Below the pieces are notes generated by a model. The model searched no databases and had not been told where the DNA came from. It saw only the letters and a list, made by a program, of their open reading frames with translations. This document shows positions 1 to 11,199 of a stretch of DNA of 44,303 nt, in pieces; position 1 is the first letter of the stretch; every line of letters begins with the position of its first letter. Made by a program: the position numbers and the translations under genes. Location of the stretch: contig NC_057720.1 of the NCBI RefSeq assembly GCF_004010195.1, positions 11,590,103 through 11,634,405 on the forward strand, given 5' to 3'. This DNA comes from Chiloscyllium plagiosum (Eukaryota).

Positions 1-595
1 TGAAGCTTTGCTTTCTGAGATGGTTCAGGGCTGCTGCTGCTGAGACAGCATGAAGATTTGGAAGCTTCCTGCCTGATACACGTTCTGTAGGAGCCCCAAA
101 GAGTAAAGAGCTGAGGTAGAAGTATTGCTGCCTGTGCCTGGGTGAACTGAGAAGGTGACCCGAATCAGAGTTGCAGAGAAAACCAGCCAAGGAGTTCACA
201 TTTATCCATCGGTATAACACATTGAGAAGGACATTTAAGTAAGCTGGCCAGCTTTGTTATCTTCCTTTATTTCTCCCTTAACAGTGTTTGTTTTTCTGTC
301 TTTTATGTGAATGAGACTGAAAACAAATACTTTAGGTTTAAAGCACAACAGATATTAATTAACTTACTGTGTTGTCCAATTTTCTCACTGCTAAAGTTAT
401 TGTGTTTCTCATAAATCTTTAAGTTTTTTTGTTTAAGATAGAGAACCAGTGTCTGTAAATTAATTATTCACAAAGTCTGGGATTGCTTATTCAGTCTGGT
501 TAGACTTGGGAGTCTTCAACAGTTTAATTTTAATGTGTTGCAAATACAGAGATGGAAAGGCTGATTTGATCCGGTTGTCTGTCTTTGTGCACAAC
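1..595 (+). mobile_element. Probable 3' part of a solo LTR, cut by the window edge
   Basis: Non-coding block with an AT-rich U5-like second half ending ...gtgcacaaCA, then an abrupt change of character. Start not visible; family not recognised. Confidence 0.3.
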
Positions 596-700
596 AGACC
601 TCAAGTCTCTCTAACACCAACATCTACACATTTACACCTTTCAAAAACTATTCTGCTTTTCTATTCTTCCTAGCAAAGTAAATATTTAACACAACCCACA

Positions 701-975
701 CGGACAGCATGGTGGTTAGCACTGCTGCCTCAGCGCCAGGGACCCAGGCCTGATTCCAGCCTCGGGTGACTGTCTGTGAAGTTTGCACATTCTCCCTGCA
801 TTTGCATGGGTTTCCTCTGAGTGCTCTGGTTTCCTTTCCACAGTCCAAAGACGGATTGGCTGTGCTAAATTGCCCATGTGTCCAGGGATGTGTAGGCTAG
901 GTGGGCTAGCCATGGGAAAAGTGCAGGGTTACAGGTGTGGGTCTGGGTGGGATGCTCTTCAGAGGGATTCTATAA
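701..975 (+). mobile_element. HE1-type tRNA-derived V-SINE, degenerate
   Basis: ggtggttagcactgctgcctcagcgccagggacc head and V-domain gtttgcacattctccc...gggtttcctc...cacagtccaaag; matches copies at 20285, 26120, 38020. Confidence 0.85.
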
Positions 976-1518
976 TTCTTCATGACACTCCATCCATCAC
1001 CTAACTGCTCCGTTTCCCTGGGCAGCTTCTTTACCCTCCCTCATTGCTTATTTTCTCACCTCACTCTGTACCTTCAGCAAACCTGGAAACTTCACACCTG
1101 GTCCTCTCATCTAAGTCATTGACACAATATTTTATTTTCACATCCATGGGATGTGGTCATCGATGGTTAGGCCAGCATTTGTTGCTCATCCCCAAATTCT
1201 CCTGAAAATGTGATGGTCTTCATGACATGGAAACATGAGAAAATAGGAGGAACTATAGGTCTTTCAGCCCATTTCAATACAATCATAACTGCTGATTTAA
1301 CTCAGTACCCTCTTTCAACTTTCATTCTATGCCCTTTGCACTTGTTTAATCCTAAGAACTATATTCATAGAAATTCATAGAATCCCTGCAGTGTAGAAAC
1401 AGGCCATTTGGCCCAATAAGTCCCCACCTACCCTGCAGTTTTGATCTTATTTGGGGAAGGAGGTTCTGGCCAATGGACAGAGTTCAACAAAGGTTTCCCA
1501 GCCTGATTTCTGGGATGG

Positions 1519-1737
1519 AAATGTGTTGCTGGAAAAGTGCAGCAGGTCAGGCAGCATCCAGGGAACAGGAGAATCGACATTTCGGGCATAAGCCCTTCTT
1601 CAGGATTCCTGAAGAAGGGCTTATGCCCGAAACGTCGATTCTCCTGTTCCCTGGATGCTGCCTGACCTGCTGCGCTTTTCCAGCAACACATTTCCAGCTC
1701 TGATCTCCAGCATCTGCAGACCTCACTTTCTCCTCAA
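1519..1737. mobile_element. Palindromic PLE-derived element (family A) with a central hammerhead pair
   Basis: 1519-1604 is a near-perfect reverse complement of 1608-1693; flanked by a 15-bp TSD tgatttctgggatgg (1504-1518, 1738-1752). Confidence 0.85.
1604..1641 (+). ncRNA. Minimal type I hammerhead ribozyme motif
   Basis: gattc-CTGAAGA-A-GGGC ttat GCCC-GAAA-CGTC/gattc: intact core, 4-bp stem II, palindromic ACGT stem III, GUC cleavage triplet ending 1636. Confidence 0.75.
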
Positions 1738-2844
1738 TGATTTCTGGGATGGCACTATGAAGAAATATTCCATGTTTTGGCCTAAACCACTTTTGGTGGC
1801 AATGAATTCCATCCACCACTCTCTGAGTGAATAAATTTCTCCTGTTCAGTCCTAAAATGTGTACCCCTCATGCTTAGATTGTGACTCCTGGTTCTAGACT
1901 TCCCAGCCATCAGAACATCTTTTCTGCATTTGCCCTGTTTAGTCCTGTGAGCATTTTATAGGTTTCCATGAGACTTCCCCCTCATTCCCCTAAACTCCAG
2001 TCAATATGGTCCTGACAAATGCATACTGCCATCCCAGGAAGCAGGCTGGTAAACCTTTGTAAAACTCCCTCCACAGGCAGAACCTCCTTCCCCAGATAAG
2101 ATCAAAACTGCACACAACACTCCAGAGTGGTCTCTCCAAAGCCCCTGTTAGTTACAACAAGACATTCCTGCTCCTCTCATTATGAAGGCCAATGTACCAT
2201 TTGCCTTGTTCACTCCCTGCTGCACCTACATGCTTACTTTCAGCGACAGGTGTGCAAGGACACCCAGGCCTCATTGTACCTTTCCTCTTGTGTTCTATCG
2301 CCATCCAGATTACAACTGGCCTTCCTGGTTTTGCTACCAATGCAGGACACCTTACATTTATCCACATTATACCTCATGCAATTGCCCACTCACTCAATGT
2401 GCGCAAATCAGACTGAGGCATCTCTGCATCCTCATCACAGCTCACCCCCTCCCACCCAGCTTTGTGTTGGCTGCGAACAACTTCAAGGGGAGAGTGCAGA
2501 CTGTGGCCTGTTGCCCTTACCCTTCCAGGCAATAAGAGGTCAGAAGTTCAGAAGGAGCCTTACTTTACACTTTTCACCAGATGTTGAGGGACTGGGTATA
2601 AGGTGGTGGATGGCCAGCCAATGAAAGGACTTCCTTTAATCAGAATGAGATCAAGCTTCTTGAAGGTTAATTGGTTGAGCTGCTATTACATGCAGATCAG
2701 TGGACAGGGAATAGAGTAGGGTAATGAGATAAAGAGAAGACGGGGGGGGGGGGAGAGAAGAGGGGAGGAGACCGGGAGCGAAGGACATAGAGAATGAGGA
2801 CAGGGGTTGCGTCTCTTAGACAGAAGTAAAATACTGCAAATTTA

Positions 2845-3212
2845 TTTTTGTTTTATTTATTCACTCAGGGGATGGGGGTGTTGCTGGCAAGGCCAGTATT
2901 TATTGCCCATCCCTAATTGCCCAGAGGGTAGTTAAGAGTCAACCACATTGCTGTGGGTCGGGTCACATATAGGCCAGACCAGGCAATGATGGCAGCTTCC
3001 ATCTCTAAAGGGAACTAGATGGGTCTTTCCCGACAATCGACAATGGACTCATGGTCATCATTAAACTCTTCATTCCAGATTTTTTTCCTTTTTTATTAAG
3101 CTCAAATTTCACCATCTGCTGTGGTAGGATTCACACTCAAGTTCCCAAAACATTATCTGGGTCTCTCTGGATTAACTAGCCAGCAATAATACCACCAGGC
3201 CATCACCTCCGC
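2845..3212 (-). mobile_element. Shark tRNA-derived SINE with an L2-like tail
   Basis: ttattcactca...ggccagtatttattgcccatccctaattgcccagaggg...gttaagagtcaaccacattgctgtggg; related copies near 15640-15865, 20085-20280, 31370-31900, 40520-40760. Confidence 0.7.
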
Positions 3213-3261
3213 TAATACTGGAACCCTGAAATGAAAACAACAAAGGGCTGGAGAAGCTCAG

Positions 3262-3563
3262 CAGTTCCTCAGCTGCTGTCTTCACAACCATCTCACCTCT
3301 CGAGGCCTACAGGTCCATCTTCGGCAACAGATCCCTACTCCCTGCCACCAATCAGATTCACTCCTCCCATTGCCCAACAAGGTTGTATCCTCTATCTGTC
3401 TTCAGCTAGCCCCACTACACCACTCTGTCCCCACCTCCTCCCTTATCTACAGCTCCCCCTACACCCAACCCCAGCTCTGAAGAAGGGTTTCACCCGAAAC
3501 GTCGACTTCTGCATTTCCTGATGCTGCCTGCTTGCTGTGTTCTTCCAGCCTCCTGCCTGTCTA
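3262..3563 (+). mobile_element. PLE 3' end (pyrimidine-rich UTR plus terminal repeat) with hammerhead motif
   Basis: CTGAAGA-A-GGGT ttc ACCC-GAAA-CGTC at 3477-3503, then gatgctgcctgcttgctgtgttcttccagc; an antisense piece of the same subfamily lies at about 10091-10168. Confidence 0.7.
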
Positions 3564-4439
3564 TGGAGAGAAAAGCAGAGTTAACATGGTGAATCTGTGC
3601 TATGAGTCCTCTTCCAAACTGCAATCGACTGGAAAATGTTTGTTTTTGTGCTGTTGACAGAGCAGGGAGGAGAAGCGAATGGAGCTATGGAATTGAACAA
3701 GCCGAGAGATTAAAACAGAAATCCTGTTGGAGAGAAGAGCAAAGTTTCTTTAAGGTGGACAATAGGTGGGAGAGAAGTGGCAGCAAATTAAACATTCAAG
3801 TGAAGGCAATCTGCTGTGGAGGCTGGGAATCTGGAACAAGAACAGAAAATGAGAGATTTCACTTTTATTTGAGCATTTCGAGGCCTTGGTGAACAAACAT
3901 TACACCCGATCTGTTGAGGCCTTGCTTTTAAAATTCTCACTCTTTGGTTTGAATCTCTCCCATGGCTACGTTCCCCAATAACTCTGTAGCCACCTCCTTC
4001 CCTCCTTAAATTTCAGTTATTGTTGTAGATGAGAGGCAGGGAAAGGCCCTGGGGTGAATGCAGCGCACAAATACTATGGATTGGGTGGATCCTGATTTCG
4101 GGAGCCTGGCTGGCTCTGTGCTGACAGTGATCTGTTCTCATCTTCCATCCCTCAAGCGGATCTGCACATCTCGAAAGAAGACAGTTCTCCCACTGTGAGC
4201 TAGACACCTCCTCTTGTTGGCTCACTGTAAAATCCCAAATTAAATGTTCAGCAGGTGCTTATCCTCACACCATCTGTGATAATCTAAACAAGGCTCCTCT
4301 CGCACTAATTTAAAAAAACACCTCGCACCTTTAAACACTGCAAGGTACTGATGGGGAAGGTGCAAAGCAAATGCATAGAATTGAGAAACTGCAATTGTGC
4401 TGAAAGAATCAACAAGCTGAGGCCCTTCAACAGAGAACT

Positions 4440-5115
4440 GCGCAAGTATGAGAATGGGGGAGTCTTACTGTGACTGTGCGTGGGGCTGGTGAGACCACAT
4501 CTGGAGTACTGTAAGCAGTTTTGGCTCCCTTATTTAAGGAAAGATATTGTGTCATTGGAGGTAGTTCAGAGAATGTTCACAAGGATGATCTCTAGGATGG
4601 AGGGATTATCTTATGAGCAAAGGCTAAACAGGTTGGGACTCTACTCCCTGAAGTTTAGTAGAATGAGAGACGATCTCATTGAAACATACAGAATTCTTAA
4701 GGGAGAAAGTGAGGACTGCAGATGCTGGAGATCAGAACTGAAAAATGTGTTGCTGGAAAAGCGCAGCAGGTCAGGCAGCATCCCAGGAGCAGGAGAATCG
4801 ACGTTTCGGGCATGAGCCTGAAGAAGTGCTCATGCCCGAAACGTCGATTGTCCTGCTCCTTGGATGCTGCCTGACCTGCTGCGCTTTTCCAGCAACACAT
4901 TTTCAGCTCAGAATTCTTAAGGGGCTTGGCTGGATAAATGCTGAGAGGATGTTTCCCCTCCCGGGAGAGTCTAGGTCCAGAGGGAACAGTCTCAGAATTT
5001 AGGAATGTCAATTTAAGACTGAGATGAGGAGGAATTCTCCTGTCAGAGGGTTGTGAGTCTTTGGATCCCCTTGCTACAGAGAGCTGTGGGGGCAGAGTCC
5101 TTGTGTGTATTTAAG
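4440..5115 (+). mobile_element. CR1 LINE ORF2 C-terminal fragment; its 3' end resumes at about 6540-6710
   Basis: Translates LVRPHLEYCKQFWLPYLRKDIVSLEVVQRMFTRMI...LGLYSLKFSRMRDDLIETYRILKG, a classic CR1 RT tail. Confidence 0.9.
4702..4908. mobile_element. Palindromic PLE-derived element (family A) inserted in CR1
   Basis: Inverted arms around 4817; CTGAAGA at 4818; TSD cagaattcttaag(gg) at 4689 and 4909. Confidence 0.85.
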
Positions 5116-6540
5116 AACATACATAAAACATAAGAACTAGGGGCAGGAGGAGGCCACCTGGCCCTTCCAGCCTGCTCTACCAATTAATAAGATCATAGCT
5201 GATCCTTTCGTGGCCTCAGCTCCATAACCCTTAATTCTTTTACTACTCAAAACATTATCTCAGTTTTAAAGGCATTCAATGAGGAAGCCTCAACTATTTC
5301 ATTGGGGCAGGGAATTCCATAGATTCACAACCCTCTGGGTGAAGAAGCTTCTTCTCAATTCAGTCCTAAATCTGCTCCCCCTAATTTTGAGGCTCTGTCC
5401 TCTTGCCCTAGTTTCACCTGCCAGTGGAAACATCCTCTCTACTTCTATCTCATCTATTCCCTTCATAATTTCACGTGTTTCTATTAGATTCCCCTCATTC
5501 TTCTAAATTCCAACGAACATGATCCCAATTTACTCAGTCTCCCCTCATAAGCCAACCCCCTCAACTCCGGAATCAACCTAGTGAACCCCCTCTGCACCCC
5601 CTCAGTGCCAGTCCATCCTTTCTCAAGTAAGGAGACCAAAACTGCGAACAGTACTCCACCTGTGGCTTCACCAGCACCCAATACAGCTGCAACATTATAC
5701 CCTGCTTATAAACTCAATTCTTTTAGCAATGAAGGACAAAATTCCATTTGCCTTCTTAATTACCTGTTATTCTGCAGACCAACCTCCTGTGATTCATGCA
5801 CTAAAACACCCAGGCCCCTCTAAAAGCTTGCTGCAACTTTTTACCATTCAAATAATAGTCCTTTTTACTGTTATTCCTACCGGAAATGGATAACTTCACA
5901 TTTATTATCATTGTACTCCATCTGCCAGACCTTCGCCCACCCCTTTAACTATCTATGTCCCTCTGCGTACTTTGTTCTACCAACCATCTTAGTGTCATCT
6001 GCAAACTTTGACACACCACACATCGTCCCCAACTCCAAATCATCTAAGTAAACTGTGAATAATTGCAGTCCCAACACTGATTCCTGAGGCACACCACTAG
6101 TCACTGATTGCCAACCAGAAAAGCACTAATTTCTCCCCACTCTTTGCTTCCTGTTAGTTAACCAATCGTCTACCCATAAAGCTTTGCATCTTTATCTTAT
6201 ACAGCAGCCTTTTGTGCAGCACCTTGTCGAATGGCTTTTGGAAATCTAGTTACACCACATCTACCGGGTCACCATTGTCCACCATGCTCGCAATGTCTTC
6301 ACAGAATTCCAGTAAAGTAGTTAGGTATGACCTGCCTTTCATGAACCCATGCTGCATCTGCCCAATGGGACAATTTCTACCTAGATGTCATGCTATTTCT
6401 TCCTAGATTAACAAATTCAAGCCTTTTCCCCACTACAGAAGTTAAGCTAACCGGCCGAGAATTCCCCACCTTTTGTCTACCTCCTGCTTTTAAACAGTGG
6501 CGTCACTTTTACTGTCTGCTGGAACTGCCCCAGAGTCCAA
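5116..6540 (-). mobile_element. CR1 LINE ORF2 fragment nested in the plus-strand CR1
   Basis: Minus strand gives EGVQRGFTRLIPELRGLAYEGRLSKLG..SLEFRRMRG plus KFADDTK and DFQKPFDKV remnants; 3' tail acataagaactaggg. Confidence 0.85.
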
Positions 6541-7489
6541 CAAATAAGGCTGAGATGGATAGATGCTTATCAGTTGGGGAACCACGGGTTTTGGGGAAAG
6601 GGCAGGAAGGTCGACTTGAAGCGTGCCGGATGAACCATGATCCTATTGAACAGCAGAGCAGACTTGAGGGGCTGAATGGCCTACTCCCATTCCTATTTCT
6701 TATGATCTTACAGTCAGTGGGGATGGGCAGTTGACCAGAATCCAAAGTTTCTAGGACTTCGATACAAAAGAGTCCTGACTAAAACCAGTCAGAAATCCAG
6801 ATGTGCCATCACTCATAGCATGGCAGGAATGTGGAATCTGTGATACAATGGTTGATGTGAACAGCAGAACCGCATTCTAAGGGAAGCTAGATAAGCACAG
6901 GAGAGAGGTAGGAAGAGTAGGAAATACTGATGAGTTGTTGTAGGTTAGAGGAGCCCCATGAAGGGCATAAATCCCCAAGATGGGGGTAGAGGCCTGTTTC
7001 TTTGTGCTGAGGGCTCCGTACAATTCCAGTCTGAGTCAAAAGCGAAATCCTACCTTTTGATTGAAACTGGAGGAGGCTAATGAAATCCAGTTAATGAAGA
7101 CATTAGTTCATTGAGGGGTAGTAAACATCACCACTCTATTTGATCAATACTTATCCTGTAACAGCAGCTCAAGAATCTCAGCAAACACTGGAACAGCTGA
7201 CAAAAGCCAATAAATCGAGACGTCGAACTATATTAATCTCTTATTTGATTGCAGTTTTGACAGTGGTTCGTATGGCATTGCTTTACTTAAGCCACTCCCT
7301 GTTAATCTGCTCAGCAAACATAGTACCGTCGTAAGAGATTAGAAAGAAATTGCACAGGGAAAACACAATTTATCAAATACATAAATTAGGATCTTATAAT
7401 ACAGAGGATTTAATAATGACTAAAGCATGACTCCCACTACTGAATTTTAAGACTCCAATGTCACAAAGCTTTAGCTGGGTGTCTGATAT

Positions 7490-7700
7490 TAGCCAAAGTT
7501 CAGTTTATAACACTCAGCGCAGAGTCAGAGACTTGTGAGTTTAATCGCCCTCCCTAGAGATTTGTGTGCAAATTCCAGGCATCATTTCAAAGCAGCACTC
7601 ACAGAAGTGCTGTCTTTTGGAGGCTAAACCAACACCACTCCCCTCACCCCCTGCCCTCTCGGATAGATGTAAATGATCACATGTACTGGGTAAAGTACTC
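7490..7700 (+). mobile_element. Old Deu-domain SINE (SacSINE1/AmnSINE-like)
   Basis: Decayed tRNA head and ...gaagtgctgtcttttgga...ctgccctctcggatagatgtaaatgatc. Confidence 0.55.
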
Positions 7701-8099
7701 CACAATCCAACAGCTGAAGGTTGCTCTTAGCAACTGCAGAATGCACTAGCCCAGGCACTCAACCAACACTGAAGTGATACCTGAAAGCTCTGTCCTCAAT
7801 TATAGATTTACATATGACCTGAAATTGACTTCCATTTAAAGCATGCAAAATAATGATGGCTTTTACTGATTCATGATACTCGGTGCTACAGAAAAATTAG
7901 AATGGGGACAGATTAAGAAAATATACTGGACCAGAACTCGGTCTCTGAGACTTACACAGCACAAAAAGCTCAGGGGCTACTAAATAATGTAGGGATGGCT
8001 GTGTGTCTACAGTGCAGAATTCGGCCCATCAAGTCTGCACTGACCCTCTGAAGATCCCATTGTGGACAATGCAAGCCATCAAAAGTGAGGTAGAGGTAT

Positions 8100-8528
8100 G
8101 ATGTGGAGGTGCTGATGTTGGACTGGGGTGAACAAATTTAAAAGTCATACAACACCAGGTTATAGTCCAACAAGTTTATTGAAATCACAAGCTTTCGGAG
8201 CACTGCACCTTCGTCAAGTGAAGTGGAGGGAAGCGCACAGGTACAGAGTTTATAGGCGGAGACATTATTGCAAAATAATTCTAGGTGACTAAGAGTGTCA
8301 AAAAGATAGTACAAATGGCGTAAGTGGAGTGTCCACAGGCTGAATAACAAGTCTTTGCAGGTGATCAACATTGTCAGACTATATGAGTAAAGTGCCAACA
8401 GCTGAGTAGCAAGTGAAAGGATGGCCTATGAACCGATCAATTAAGACAGAAAGATAATTACAAAAAAATCAAAAGTAAGATGGTGCTAGAGACAAACCAA
8501 ATGGCTGGAATAACATGGTAGATATAAG
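8100..8528 (-). mobile_element. PLE terminal repeat (family C) with a mutated hammerhead
   Basis: Minus strand 8220-8186: CAC-TTGACGA-A-GGTGC agt GCTCC-GAAA-GCTT/GTG, then aataaacttgttggactataacctggtgttg, shared with copies at 13192 and 40945. Confidence 0.7.
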
Positions 8529-8624
8529 GTAGAAGTAGGGAGAGCAGATCAGGGCCAAATCAAAATGGAGTTGGATGGAGAGTTAAAGCATTCTCCCCCT
8601 ACTGTGGTGCCCATTTCTCTTCTG

Positions 8625-9155
8625 GAGCACTATACGCAGTACTGCTCGCCCTGCTCTTGGAAGGATGTTATTAATTGCAAAGGTTTCAGAAAAGATTTAC
8701 CAGGGTGTTGCCAGGAATAGAGGGTCTGAGTTATACAGAGAGGCTGGATAGGCTGGGGCATTTTTCACTGAAGCGTAAGAGGTTGAGGGGGTGACCTTAT
8801 AGACATTTATAAAATTATGAGGGTTTTAAATAGGGTGAATGGCAAAGGTCTTTTCCCTAGGGTGGGGGAGTTCAAAAGTAGAGGGCATATTTTTAAGGTG
8901 AGAGCTGCAAATTTTAAAAAAGACATGAGGGTAACATTTTTACACAGAGAGTGGTTCTTGTGTGTGTAAGAAAGTGATGGTTGCAGGTACAATTACAACA
9001 TTTAAAAGGCATTTGGATAAGTCCATAAATAGGAAAGGTTTGGAGGGATATGAGCCAAACACAGGCAAGTGGGATTAGTTTAGTCTGGAACATGCTTGGC
9101 ATGGACTGGTTAGGGCGAAGAGTCTGTTTCCGTGCCTTATGACTCTATGACTCTC
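8625..9155 (+). mobile_element. CR1/HER1 LINE 3' fragment
   Basis: gagaggctggataggctgggg...gggtgaccttatagac...; ends gtctgtttccgtgccttatgactctatgactct. Confidence 0.85.
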
Positions 9156-9179
9156 GCTAAAGTGGGTCTGGCTTATCGA

Positions 9180-10290
9180 TATTTTCCAAACAACTTGCTC
9201 AGAGATGTTTCCACAAACCTCTGGAGCAGGTTGTGCTTTAACCCAGGTCTCCTGACCCAGAGGCAAGGACACTCCCACTGTGTCATAACAGTTCCTTCAG
9301 TTATTTTAATATATTCAGAAGTGCTCTTACACACAACAGAACACATTTATTCCCATCCCCAAATCACTGTTTAGATTTTTGTTTTTCCTTTTAACTGTTA
9401 ACTGCTACCAGTAAATCACCCATGTAGCTGATTGGATACTTACATGCAAAGCCTGTATAGGGAAATGTAACCCATTAAAAGAGAGGTAGAGGTAGGGATA
9501 GAGGAAAGGGACTAAATCAAACTGGAGTTTGATGGGGAACTAAAACACTGTATCCCCCGCAGTGCCCACCTCTCTAAAGGCATTGAGAAAATTGATAGGC
9601 ACGTGTACTCCCTGTCTAATAACACCTGGGCTCAAACATAACCACAGAAGATGATCTGACCTGATCTGCTTTATATACTTTCTAGTCAACCTGTTCAGAG
9701 ATGTTAGTACACAAACCTCAAGATTAGGTGGAACATGCACATAGGCCTCTCGGTCCAGGGATAGGGACACTACCACTGCATCACAAGAGCCCTTGGCGTC
9801 TGCTGTATTTATTTTGTTTTCTCAAACTGCTCAGCGATGTTATTATACACTTTTGAGACCTGAACCTCAGCCTCCTGGCTCAGAGGTAGGGACACCACCA
9901 CTGCACCACAGCAGCCCTCAGCAATTGATATCAAAGGTAGAAGTTTTTTTTCCCCTAATCAACTTGCTCAGAGATGTTATTACGCACCTCTGGGAAGGGT
10001 TGGAGTTGAATCCAGCCTCTTGGCTCAAAGGGAGTGACATTACCACTGCGACAAAAGTACGCTCTCAGAATCTGCTGCTTATTTTATTTGGAGACAAAAA
10101 AACTGTAGATGCTGGAATCCAAGGTAGACAAGCAGGAGGCTGGAAGCCAGGCAGCATCAGGAAGGGGAGATATCTTTCTAACCAACCTGTTCAGAATTGT
10201 TACTACACACTTCTAGAACAGCAGGGACCTGAACCACACCTCCTGGTTCAGAGGTTGGGACACTACCATTGCACCACAACAGCCCTCTGG
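9180..10290 (-). repeat. Cluster of five short (about 110 bp) tRNA-derived elements, all in one orientation
   Basis: Copies at about 9180-9295, 9678-9793, 9815-9918, 9945-10060, 10170-10287; minus strand shows A-box tggtgcagtggtag and B-box ggttcaRgtcc-like motifs. Confidence 0.75.
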
Positions 10291-11199
10291 ATTTGCTGTA
10301 TACAGGGCTCAGGTGATGTGTTCCAGCTAACCAGGTCATTGCCTGTTACCAAGGGAACCCCAACTCAATAAGCTCCATGAGGAAATTAAATAGCAAGTTC
10401 CTGAGAGCTTTTTATGCCCACTTGTATTGGTCCTGATGAGTCCGAGATATAAAATTTCAGTAACTGGTGTCTCTTTTCAGTCACGTTCAAGTTGTATATT
10501 GCCAAGAAACTGCTTTGATTAGCAACATCCATTTTTATATTGAGCCTCACTGGATAGCCTATTTCCCTTCCCACCAACAGCTTGCTGATTCCCTGACACC
10601 CTCTCTCTCTCTTCACCTTCCTCCTGTCACCTACACCCCACAACCCTGCATGTAAACCTCTCCTGAAAATGCCCTCCACTGATCTGATCTGTTGCTTCCC
10701 TGTCCTGCTCTCCCCACATTTGCCTCCAAGTCCATTTTTGTTTTTATGAGTGCTGGATTTCTCTCTGTGGGGCACTCTACTCACAGGTTGGTGTATAAAT
10801 TTTATATAAAGCAAGCACTGCCAAATTTGAAACCATAATGGGATTGTCAGACACCGCTTTAGGTACATTATAATGCATCTTAAGCTATGCTGAGTCCTCA
10901 ATGTTTGAATTTATCTTAGATAATATATTGCCAACATTCAGATCAATGAAACAAGTCTGAAGTTTAGCTAGACAATGGATAGCAACTTGCATTTCTATAG
11001 CACCTTAAACATAGGCACAGCACTGCACAAGGGTGTATGAAAGAAATGTTTTGACTCCAAGCTCCACCAGGAAATATTAGGACAGCTGCCTAAAAGCCTA
11101 GTCAAAGTAGTTAATCTAAAGAAGCTTCTTACAGAAGAATAGACAGTAACCAGTATCACTGCAGTGTCACTAACCTGAGAATCAACACAGTCACCACTC

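Larger units (their letters stand above)
1225..2440 (-). mobile_element. Degenerate CR1/HER1 LINE 3' fragments, interrupted by other insertions
   Basis: CR1 3' end (aacatgagaaaataggagga...ctttcagccc) and RT-tail motifs (aatgaattccatccaccactctctgagtgaataaatttctcc; aactgcacacaacactccag). Confidence 0.7.

Noticed and set aside
1519..1737. MITE, CRISPR array or miRNA interpretation of the palindromes
   Set aside because: Variable long TSDs, unequal arms and single-arm copies do not fit a DNA transposon; there is no repeat-spacer periodicity; nothing in the sequence alone supports a miRNA.
2742..2772. G-run as a possible G-quadruplex or promoter
   Set aside because: Simple poly-G/GA low-complexity tract with no CpG island; a similar run is at about 40288-40305.
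9180..10290. Functional tRNA gene cluster
   Set aside because: Copies are mutually diverged with indels and share a non-tRNA extension; I could not verify an intact cloverleaf.
9793..10901. Long ORFs 9793..10371 (+) and 10386..10901 (-)
   Set aside because: The first reads through SINE and PLE pieces; the second has no domain, codon bias or splice support.
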